A stretch of 38,323 nt of DNA from Flectonema sp. DT1601. Lineage: Eukaryota. Location of the stretch: assembly GCA_964019425.1 (NCBI GenBank), contig OZ025793.1, positions 1,426,001 to 1,464,323 of the forward strand. The letters are read 5' to 3'. Below the pieces are notes generated by a model that was given only the letters and a program-made list of their open reading frames with translations, searched no databases and was not told the DNA's origin. Positions within the stretch are counted from its first letter, which is position 1, and each line of letters begins with the position of its first letter. This document shows positions 11,201 to 23,200 of this stretch, in pieces. The position numbers and the translations under genes are program-made.

Positions 11201-14200
11201 TTGCTCCTCGTGAGTATTCCGATAACTGGGTAGAGTCCTGCAGCTTTAAGCCGGGATGTATTGCCGGAGGAATACCTCCAACCTCTGCTAGCGTTCCTAT
11301 TGAGGTATATGATCAATATGCACCGAGAGTGCAATTTGTATTCACTGAGGGTGAGACTGGAGGCCCAACAGGTGGCGAAGGCGATCCGATGATGGGTGGC
11401 GAAGGCGACCCGATGACCGGCGGCGAAGGCGGCGACCCAATGATGGGTGGTGAAGGCGGCGACCCAATGATGGGCGGTGAAGGAGGCGACCCAATGATGG
11501 GCGGTGAAGGCGGCGACCCAATGATGGGTGGTGAAGGCGGCGACCCAATGATGGGCGGTGAAGGAGGCGACCCAATGATGGGCGGTGAAGGCGGCGACCC
11601 AATGATGGGCGGTGAAGGCGGCGACCCAATGATGGGTGGTGAAGGCGGCGACCCAATGATGGGCGGTGAAGGAGGCGACCCAATGATGGGCGGTGAAGGC
11701 GGCGACCCAATGATGGGCGGTGAAGGCGGCGACCCAATGATGGGCGGTGAAGGCGGCGACCCAATGATGGGTGGTGAAGGCGGCAACCCAATGATGGGCG
11801 GTGAGGGTGGCGAAGGCGATCCGATGACAGGTGAAGGAGGCGGTAGCGCACCATCAGACATGGATGGCGAAGGTGGAGACCCAATGATGGGTGGTGAAGG
11901 CGGCAACCAGATGGGTGGTGGAGGTGGAGACCCAATGATGGGTGGCGAAGGCGGCAACCAGATGGGTGGCGAAGGTGGAGACCCAATGACTGGTGGTGAA
12001 GGTGGCAACCAGATGGGTGGTGGAGGTGGAGACCCAATGATGGGTGGCGAAGGTGGAGACCCAATGACTGGTGGTGAAGGTGGCAACCAGATGGGTGGTG
12101 GAGGTGGAGACCCGATGATGGGTGGTGAAGGCGGCAACCAGATGGGTGGCGAAGGTGGCAACCCAATGATGGGCGGCGAAGGCGGCAACCCAATGATGGG
12201 CGGCGAAGGCGGCAACCCAATGATGGGTGGTGAAGGCGGCAACCAGATGGGTGGCGAAGGTGGAGACCCAATGATGGGTGGCGAAGGTGGAGACCCAATG
12301 ACTGGTGGTGAAGGTGGCAACCAGATGGGTGGTGGAGGTGGAGACCCAATGACTGGTGGTGAAGGTGGCAACCAGATGGGTGGTGGAGGTGGAGACCCGA
12401 TGATGGGTGGTGAAGGCGGCAACCAGATGGGTGGCGAAGGTGGCAACCCAATGATGGGCGGCGAAGGCGGCAACCCAATGATGGGCGGCGAAGGCGGCAA
12501 CCCAATGATGGGTGGTGAAGGCGGCAACCAGATGGGTGGCGAAGGTGGAGACCCAATGATGGGTGGCGAAGGTGGAGACCCAATGATGGGTGGTGAAGGC
12601 GGCAACCAGATGGGTGGTGGAGGTGGAGACCCAATGATGGGCGGCGAAGGCGGCAACCCAATGATGGGTGGTGAAGGCGGCAACCAGATGGGTGGCGAAG
12701 GTGGAGACCCAATGACTGGCGGTGAAGGTGGCAACCAGATGGGTGGTGGAGGTGGAGACCCAATGATGGGTGGCGAAGGCGGCAACCAGATGGGTGGCGA
12801 AGGTGGAGACCCAATGATGGGCGGTGAAGGCGGCAACCAGATGGGTGGCGAAGGTGGAGACCCAATGACTGGCGGTGAAGGCGGCAACCAGATGGGTGGC
12901 GAAGGCGGCAACCCAATGATGGGCGGTGAAGGCGGCAACCAGATGGGTGGTGGAGGTGGAGACCCAATGATGGGTGGTGAAGGCGGCAACCAGATGGGTG
13001 GCGAAGGTGGTGACCCAATGACTGGCGGTGAAGGTGGCAACCAGATGGGTGGTGGAGGTGGAGACCCAATGATGGGTGGCGAAGGCGGCAACCAGATGGG
13101 TGGTGAAGGCGGCAACCAGATGGGTGGTGGAGGTGGAGACCCAATGATGGGTGGTGAAGGCGGCAACCAGATGGGTGGCGAAGGTGGAGACCCAATGACT
13201 GGCGGTGAAGGTGGCAACCAGATGGGTGGTGGAGGTGGAGACCCGATGATGGGTGGCGAAGGCGGCAACCCAATGATGGGCGGTGAAGGCGGCAACCAGA
13301 TGGGTGGTGGAGGTGGAGACCCAATGATGGGTGGTGAAGGCGGCAACCAGATGATGGGTGCGGGTGCAGCTCGGAAAGTTCTGCAAACAGAGAGTGAGAC
13401 TCCCTCATTTGTTGTCCCCCTTGGGTGGGTTGGAGAAGAAGAGATTTTTAGGGAACCGTCTTGCACATCCCTGACAACTGATGAGACAGAGGGTTGTACT
13501 ATGATGGCACCTATAGTTTCGGGATTTGTTATAATTCGTATAATGGGATACTCCACGAAGGTGGACTATTCTCTGGCGATAAAGTATACACCTGTTGGTA
13601 ATTTTGGAATTGCGCAAAAACTCGGCGAGTGTTCGAAGAATCCGGAAACAGGTTACTGGGGTAATGCTTTCTGTCTTGATTGTGATTTCAGATATACAGG
13701 AGATACATGTCAGCAGTACAACCCGGACAGTTGCAATGATATGAATTGCTCACCAATGTTTGGAACATGTGTTAACGACATAGAGACTGGTGGAGTATAC
13801 CAAAAATGTGAATGCAATGATATGTTTTATGGGCTCTCTTGTAGCAAAATGTGCGACGCATCGAGTCCAGTTGCTGGTGAAGGATGCAATAATCATGGCA
13901 CCTGCACTAACCAAGGCACGTGCCATTGCTTTGACAGTGAGTTAGAAGGTCACTGGTCAGGTGTGTCGTGTGATATATGCACGGAGGGATGGTTCAAAGA
14001 AAGCTGTATAACACCTTGTTCTTGTGGGAATGGAAAGTGTAACACTACGTCTCCTGATGGTGCTTGCATGGCGGGAAGCTGCTTTGGAAATTTCGTTGGG
14101 AAAACCTGCAAAGAATGTAAGATTGGGTTTTATGGTGCAGCGTGCACCAAGGTTTGCAATGAGGAAACCTGTGAGGTTGGCAAGGGAGAATGTACTACCT

Positions 14201-17200
14201 CAGGGGACTGCAAGTGTCTGGATGATAACGGGTGGTACGCAGATCCCCACACAAGAGAGTGCACACTGTTTTGCGACCATACAACCTGTGGACATGGCAG
14301 GTGCCCGGTCACTGGTGAAGCCGTAGTTCCTGGCAGGTTGTGCTATTGCGACAGCACAGCTGAAGCAGGATTCTGGGATCCGGCAACCGATTGTTCCACT
14401 TGTACTTCTTCGTATTGGGGTTCGGATTGCACCAATGAGTGCCGATGTAATCGACATGGTAAATGCAAGCAGTTAACTGGTGAATGTTTGTGCTACGATG
14501 ACGATACCTTGGGTCATTTTGAGGGGGATACCTGTCAGCGATGCAAGGAGGGATTTACTGGCGACTGCAAATCCCAGGGATCTTCGATAGGTAGTCCGAT
14601 AATCGGAAAAGGATATGACTTTGTATCGAAGAATTATCATTTTAGGAATCCTGACGCAAATGGTATGAGAGGTTCGATATTTCACATAAATAGCATTGAA
14701 ATTGAGGCTCAGCATATGGGAAAGACATATGATGCAAGTGGAATACACTATCCACGGAAGAATGAATCTGTCGGCACGACTAAAGTCGAGTACCTGCTAG
14801 CTTCAGCAGGTAAGCGAAAAGCAACAACAAATATTGTTCCCGTAGAAATTTGGATGAAACCACTTGACACGTCACTTGATTTCAGAAACCGCTACTTACT
14901 TCACTTTGGGGCTCACACTACCGATACATTCGGTGCCATTCTCGGTGAGGTAGTTATTGGTATTTTCCACGATTTGGACTACCTTTACCTCGTTGTACAG
15001 GACTCTAAGAGATCGTTCCTCGGGCGAATCTGGTCTGTCGATACTGCGGATTGCAGATTTTGTCTAGCTCCTTCAATTGACCAGGGGATTCAGTACAAAA
15101 ATATTTTGCAAGGTTTAGCACACACTGCGTCAGATCTGGACTGCTCAAAGGGGTGTAATCCTGGACAGCAGGTTGCACTTATTGAACCCGGTACAGGAAA
15201 CATAATTTCGAAGGGTGTCGTACTTGAGAGGAAAGCTGGAGGGTACTTGGTTCGCGTTGAAGACAGTTCAGAAATGACAATCTCAGAAGATTTGATAAAA
15301 CCGCTGCCGTCTGTTGGATGGATGCATCCTGATGGGAATTGGGTTCAGCTTGGTCAGGTATCAGACCCAACTCACGTGCGAGGTCCTTTCAAAGTGATTA
15401 GTTGGGATTTTATCACTGCATTTCATCTTTGTGTCACACTTGTTAAACAGACTGACTCTGACACTGGGAGTGTTACTTATCATATCAGGACGTTTGGTAC
15501 TCTTGGAGCAGCACTATCTCTCAGGGACACCTATCAAGTTCGGTCATTTTCGGAAGTTACTAACATGGCAATTGTTAAGGACAATTCACCATACGCTCTC
15601 TTGATGGGTACCGGAAGCAGCGGTAGAATAACTCTTCAAAAGATATTCTTGCCAACGGGATCAGGTGGAGAAGATTCCTTCAGACAAGTTCTGAATTTAG
15701 TACCTCCCGTGTGTGATGTGTATACCTGTTTGAAAGTTGAGAAGATCGTCTTAGTTACGCAGCACCTTCAGCATTGGGAGGAAAGCAGTGCGTTGGTATT
15801 TGTAGAAACAGAGACTACAAGTGAAACGGATGGCTTTACTACTACAGACACGGCATATGCAGTTCAGAGAGTTGTGTTGTCGCAGTTGAAGCGGATTTCA
15901 GCATTGCCGGATTTAAATCATTACTCCTGCTATAACCGAACAGAACAAAATTGCACGAGTTCGAGAAGTTGCACGTGGATGTCAACAGACACCATCAAAG
16001 GTTGTGTGGTGCGATCTATCCATTTATTAAAATCAACATCGGGAAGGCAGGGAATTGGCGCCTGTGTTTTGGATAGCAACCGAAACTTTTATTACACCGT
16101 GGGATCCAGAAATCCTGACAAGGCTTCAATTATATTTAAAACTTCACTTGACACATTTGAAACTATATTCCAACGGGAAATGTACACAGGATTCGAACCG
16201 GAAGTAATTGTATCTGGAAATATCGATGTTCCAAGGAGAGGCATCTTTATGGTGTCCCACATGTCAACACTCCGTATATCTGTTATCAATACTTATGAAG
16301 TCTTTTCTCCTGTAGTGCCGAATGTTGCAGATGCACCGAGTGCAGGAACAATAATTACCGTTACTGGTGATGGTTTCTCTGACATGGATAAAAAGTTTAA
16401 CCCTAAATGTCTTCTGGGAACTCAAGTAGCCAATGCATGGTTTCGATACTTGGAAGGAGGAGAAATTCAAATAATTTGTTTGGCGGCAAAACCAACTCAG
16501 GGATACTCTCAGTGTAGTTGGGTTTCTCTTGAGGTTGCGTTGAACGATGAAGACATCAGATGGACGGAAACTAAAGTTCCGATGAAGAGAATTGACACTC
16601 CTTTAATTATGGGATTCGGAGCTTCAAACTACACTGGCTCGTGGATCTTCCCCCACGACAGCACCGTTCCCGAAATCTCCAATCAAATAGAATTATCTGA
16701 TTATCGAAGACTTGCTATCACAACACCTCTCGCTATCCCAGGGCCTGAAGTTGATCCTTTCGGTGGACGTCATCCGCAACTAATCCAAACCCTTCCAACG
16801 GGTCCATATAATAAAGGAGTTGTTATCACTGTCAAGGGGGCGGGTTTCTTTGAATCCCAATACAGTTTGTGTCATATCACTACCTTCCCGGGGAAGGAAT
16901 TGATCTACGTCAGTCCGGGTACATATTTGACAGCAGTAAAAATGCTCTGCTATCAGCCGCCGACAGCTAAGCCGTATATTGGAGTTATTGAAGTTGCAAT
17001 GGATGGACAAATTTATAGCGAAAATGGAGTCACATATAGAGGTGTTGGTGAGGCAGTTAAAATGGAGGCGTTTGCTCTGTGCTCCAACAACCCGAGCGAC
17101 CCGAAATGTATGAATCAAATTCCAGTTAATCAAAGTAGTCTTATAGTACCACTTCCGTGGTTTGCTTGTATCTTCCGAGATGAGATGAACACTTTTGTTG

Positions 17201-20200
17201 GTTCTGTCTGGGCGCGTGACGTTCTGGGATACGTTCAAATCAGCTCCAAACAAAGCGGGTTGAACATCTCGAAGGACTCCGTTACGGCGGTGATGCCCAG
17301 TAATGGAAGCGTCATATTTAACCAACTCGTTGCCAACATGCCTAGTGCTGGCACATACGAGCTGGAGATGATTTACTACGAGTTGGGGGTTCAAAAGCTT
17401 GAGCCGGTGTATGTAACGCTCGAGATTCTTGGAGGTGAACCAACGAAAGCAAAACTCGTGACGTACCCAACAAAGTACGCAAACAACAGGGAGCCTTTTA
17501 CTGTGCAGCCAGAGATTTCTGTTATGGATGAAGCAAATAATAATATTCTAAATGAAAACTGGAAGGTAAAGGCGACTATCAGCATCAACACGCTACCCAG
17601 AGAGTTAGTCGACAACAATGGAGCTCCAGTTATTGTTCTCGAGTCAGGTCTCAGCCCACTGTCCGCCGACACTGGGATGTACTCGTATCGATTTCTGAAA
17701 GTTTCTTCATCAACTGTTCGGGGTCGGGCTTTACAAGTACGCCAGACTGGACCGTATACCGATGAACTGCTGGAATTTACGATAGTGTACACTGTCGTTG
17801 ATGTTAACGGTATTGCAGTTCCACAGCTTCCTGTGATGTCATCCTCTCACCACATGGTTGATTGTTCTGCTGATTACGTTGGTAAGGAGAAGCTCTCATG
17901 GATATTACCCGAAGAGCAACCAAAAGGATCTACGGTACCGTTTCGCATTAAAGGATGGTTCTTTACTGAACCTGCTCCGGGAATGGGGCTTCAGTATTAT
18001 TGTATCATGAGAAATGCCGCAACGAATGCCTTTATGTACAAGTTGGACGCAGTTTTCGAAGATAGCTGCACTCTGCTGTGTAGTACTCCGAGTGCAACAG
18101 ACGCGTCGATGACAGTCGTGCAACCGGCGCTATGTTGTGCTGCAGGTTGTGATGAGCAGTCGTGTGGGGCAGTCCCTTCAGGTGCAATAATTTATGACAC
18201 TCCTTTTAATGAAACCTCACTAAAAGAAGTTGCATACCACAAGTATGTCGGTTCAGCTTCTCAGGCGAAGGTTTGGAATTTGATGACTTTTCTTCCCGAA
18301 CCACTTCCGAGCGCTAGTCCTTATTCATTTGGTTTAGTTAATCAAATATCGTTACAGCAGATTGCACCTATTGATGCCGCTTTCTCAAATGCATTGCGAA
18401 CATCATCCACTGGTTATTATGAACTGACGCAGTACGACTACAGATCAGGATTTAAGTATTACTTATTGTTGAGAAGCAATTCGATAATAAATAAGAATAC
18501 AGTAATTCGATCATCTCAATGGTCATTTATTGCTGGCACCAAAATAGGGGAGGAAAATGATTGGCTGATGGCAAGTCAGGTGGCACAGCTTCGAAGTGGT
18601 GCGGCAGATACTCGCTTTCGTGTTGCATTCACTGATAGCGTCATTGGAATTAATAACTGGGATGGTAATTATGTCAGTTACACGAAGTTCCTTGACATGC
18701 CTGCAGATGTTAGAAAGAATACTCAAGAGATAACAAGTGTTACTATTGAAATACTTCCCATCTTAACTATGGAAGGTCCTGATGGGCTGCAACAATCGAG
18801 TGTGAAAGAGGGCTTCAAAGGGTTTCCAACTCTCAGCATTGGAGGTGTTACCCTATCTGGCAACACACACTCAAAGAGAACGAATTTCTCGTATGTGGAG
18901 TTCGAGGAAGTTGCAATGAGATATCCAATTAAGGGAACTTATTTAGTTACTTTCAGACCCTCTGATCCCGCAGTCTCTCCAGTTCAGGTAACAATAAAGG
19001 TTTTGGAGGGAATTCCTTACAAAGCTGTATTTGATGAACCTCGATTTGAGTGGCCAAACAGTAGGGATGGTCTTCCAACTTCAACTCTTACCAACAGTAG
19101 AAGGCTGACAATCCAACCTCGATTCAGACTTATTGATATATCTGACAACACACTAAATGACTTCCCTTCAGTAAATTCTGTTTATGTTCGCGTGTTGTCG
19201 ATAACACCGTGGCCACGTTGCCTGCCAGAGCCTGCTGCAGGAGGGCAAGTTTTTGCATTTGATCCCGGCATGTGGGGTGTTGTTGATCGAACTAATCCTG
19301 GGCTGTGTGCATGGAACACACCACCTCTCAGTGACACTACTGTAGAAGCAATAGCAGCCAGGCTTGCTGCGGACCCGGAATTTGATGCTACTGGTATTGC
19401 AGAGTACGGATTGAGTACAGAAGGTTCAGTAGAGATGAATATTTGGGCCCAGGAAGGTGAAAGTTATGAAGTTGAGTTTGAGTTTTACGGTCCAGGACTA
19501 CAGTTGAATGGATACACACTTCCAAATTTAAAAACACCGCAACGGATAGCTGCCAGCCGATGCGCCCCAAATTGTATAAACGAAAAAATCTGCGAATTAG
19601 ATCCTCCGGAATTCGGAAATTCACATCTCAACAATTTATGGAATGAGTTGGTAATTTATGGAGACTACTACGACTTTGCACAATCGGGGGGCAGCGACGC
19701 CAGCCTCAGAATGATGATAACAACGACTGTCGACCAGAAGCAATTCCAATGCGAAATTCAACCGCGTTTGAGGGACCCCTGTTCGTTGGTTGCTGATGTA
19801 CCGACGTGTGAATATCTTTGTCTTAATTTCTTTAGCGGGTACACAGCTCAGGACAGGCAGTCTTGCTGTACGAAGCGGGTCAAGGCTGACGGAGGTTCTT
19901 GCGGAAACATCTTTGCAAGTCGTGGGGTCCAAATGTTGCAAGCAGCCTCCACATCTCCCCTGACGTCTCCGTCTACCAGATCTCTTCAAGTTAGTACAAA
20001 CTGTGGAGGTACTACTTCCTGTGCTTCTACTCTCGCTGCTGTTCCCCCAACTGTCGGTCCTTCAACTGTGGGTGCCCCTGAGCAACTTGGTGTTTCTGAG
20101 AATATGACCACACTGTCATCATGTATGTATTTCTCTTTTATTCTTCATTGGTTTTATTTACGTCTTGAGTAATTTAATCAACAAACAGCGGCAACGACGT

Positions 20201-23200
20201 ACATTTCCCGGCCACTTGGTGATGTTATTGCCATAAATGTGACAGTGAAAGATAGAAGCGGAACCGACGTTCAGAGTAGTGACATTTACAAGAGACTCCT
20301 CAAAATAAATGTTGAACGAAGTATTGGAAACAGCGTCAGGAATTGGGTAGGTCCGAACTGCTTAGTGGGGGCGCAGTTCTGCTTACCCAGCAACGTCGAC
20401 GATCGGGCAGCCTGCAACACGCCGGAGTACAATTGCCTTCGATTTACTGATGAGACGGGTGCAGATGTTGATCACAATACTGCTACTGCACGTCAGGGAT
20501 ACGCGATATTCTATATTCGTATGCAGGCAATGAAACAAGGATCGTACGCAATATCAGTTGAAGACATTACTCCTCTTACTAACGGAACTGGCACAACACC
20601 TGCTTCCGGTTCGAGTGCAGCCAATGATTTGCCATTTGCCCCTCGGAGATTGCCAGCGTGTAGCGGGCCGACGATTGATGGCGCAGTCGGATTAGGACCG
20701 CCTGGCTTTTGGGGACAGCTTCCATTCATCGATAGTGTCCGCTGCTCCACAAGCTTCGACAATCGCCATGTTTTCAGCTTCACTATAAGCCGTGGTGTCC
20801 CTTGGAAAATTGAATGGGCCGTGTCAGCCATCACGACGCTCACCAATACCGAAGTTGGTGGCACCATCTACGTCCTTCAGTTACTCGACTACGCGGGAAA
20901 TGTGTTAACCAAAAACGATGTCGTCGATAAAGCAGGTGAAACTGACACCAAGAAGTTGCTTGTTGGTATTGAGAGGACAATCCCGGAATTCAGAAGTAAT
21001 GTAACCGGACCATCCCTGTTTGCAAGGAGAGGAGAGAAGTATGAACCTGCAAATATCAAGAGGATTGAGGAACTCGCTTGTTCTTTTACTCTTCAGGAAG
21101 GAGCGTCTAGTTCTGAGCTGGGAGGCGGAGCTAACGATGATCAAATAGTATTTACTTTGTGGAAATTTAAAGTTTGGCGTGGGATTCAATGTCAATTAAC
21201 TTTCAGGGCTGTGGAAGCAGTCACAGACATCAAAGCCAGCTCTATCGCAACACGAGTAAACAGCAACACCCTTCCATCCCTCCAAGTGACTGTCGAAGCC
21301 TCTCGCTGTTGTGGAACAGGAGGCGCCTGCGATCAGTTTGCATATTCATTTGAATTTGGGTGTTGGAATCAGGAGCTTTCTCAAATAAAAACGGGTCCTA
21401 ACAATCGAGGCGGTATCCTCACACCACTTGAACTAGTAAACGGAGAAAGTCCTTACGCGTGCCTTTATGGATGTGGTAATTGTGAAGAAGGTTTAGTTTG
21501 TTCTGGTGATGTTAAAATTCACAACACAGCAGGCTATTTCAGAGAGCCCATCACCTATACATCGCACTTGTGCAAAGTTGGAAATTGCATCGATTCTAAT
21601 CTAGGGAATGGGCTTTCGGATCCGCAGCCGCTCACACTCGACCTAACTGGCGAAGTGCGCGGGACAAATCAGTGTAAAGTTGGAAACAGGGGTCCTCTTT
21701 GTGGGGTGTGTGTCGAGGAACCCACGACGGATGCTCCCTATGGTTACGGAAGGGCTGAGCACAACTGCGCAAAGTGTCCAAACCCGACAACGAATTTCGT
21801 TCTACTTGGACTGTCTGGTGTAGTCATCCTCGTCGTAGTTCTGATTATGGTCGCAGTCAATTTGAACACTGGAGATATAGTTCAAGAAACTCCTAAAGTC
21901 TCGGTGATGATTAAGATGCTTATGAACCACATTCAGGTCTCAACATTGGCGGGCGACTTCAGCGTTAAATGGGGAAAGCTGATGGAAGACATGTTTGGAG
22001 TTGGAGGCAAGAGCAGCCCGAGTAGTAATTTAGTATCAATTGGATGTGCTTTCCATGCAACTTATTATATGAAGTTTATCGCTTGGATGTTGCTTCCAAT
22101 TATTATTATTGTTGTTCCTGGTCTTGTGATGATTTTAATTCAAATGCGAAGAAAGCTTCGCGTTGAAGAAGAAAAGACTGACGACTTCAAAGAATCCCCT
22201 CCAGAGTGCAGCTCTATATACCACTGGGCTTATGACTGGTGTGTAAACGAGAGAGACAGCAAGTTTGCTTTCGATTCGATTGAAGACCTTTCATTACTAT
22301 CAAAGATGGAAAAGTTTTATCTTCGTTTTAATGTCGAGCTTCACAAGACTCTAAACCCGAGAAATACAGAATTACTTGAAGCAAAATATTTATCAAATTC
22401 GGGAAATTACAAACATCCGTCTCAAATGTATCAGCCTGCTAAGATTCAATTACTTGGCCTTCCAATGGATGCTTTAGACGAAGCTCGTGTTTCACCAGAC
22501 GAATGCGATATTATGTGGGAAGTTGATATATCTCAGGGTTCTTTTGGTTGCTGGTTGTGCCCTCGTTGCTGCGCATTGGAAAGCTTGTTTCCAACTCCTC
22601 AAGTGGGTAGGCCTGGTGACAGCGATCAGCAAACCGAACTCGCACAAGAAGCTTGGTACGAGTGCGACGTGCCAAGCCACAAAATCAACGAAAGCATCCT
22701 TCAGAAATATTTCAAAGACAAGTTACTCCTCGCCTGCTTGGTAAGATATCGCTTCTTGGAAGAGTTAGCGAAGGTACCTGCCAAACAGAGAGCCACTAAA
22801 GATGCGATCGATGTGATTGCAGAGGAAGTATTCATTCTTAACAAAGATGGGAAGAAGAAATGGACTTCTGTTGACGAAAAGAACGCCGACCGCGTGCAGA
22901 TGATGGCTGAAAGGGAAAGAAAACTTGCTCTTGCGACATTGCCGCCATACCCAGTAGAACACCATCCGACTTTTAATTTCCCTGAAACAAACTTTGGGGA
23001 GCAGGAGACAGAACAATCTAAATTAACCTATGTAGACGACACCGTAGTTCGCTTTGTTACTGGTCACTCAAATGAGGCTCTTAGAAAGACGTCTCTCAAA
23101 CAGCGTGTTGCTGCCGCTGAAAAGTTCTTTCTGTTAGCGGAATCCGTAACCTTAAAGTCTAGAGATGGCGGGCATGACGTATTAAAGGCAGAACGCATAG

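Noticed and set aside
9064..13359. CRISPR-like appearance of 24-27-bp repeats
   Set aside because: The repeats are contiguous with no unique spacers, are in-frame coding, and there are no cas genes in this eukaryotic context.
8972..13556. Long antisense ORFs (extensin-like PPSPPIIG, His/Arg-rich, HHWVAAFT)
   Set aside because: Shadows of the + strand Gly/Met arrays. Variation between units is largely synonymous in the + frame, which is continuous with folded domains.
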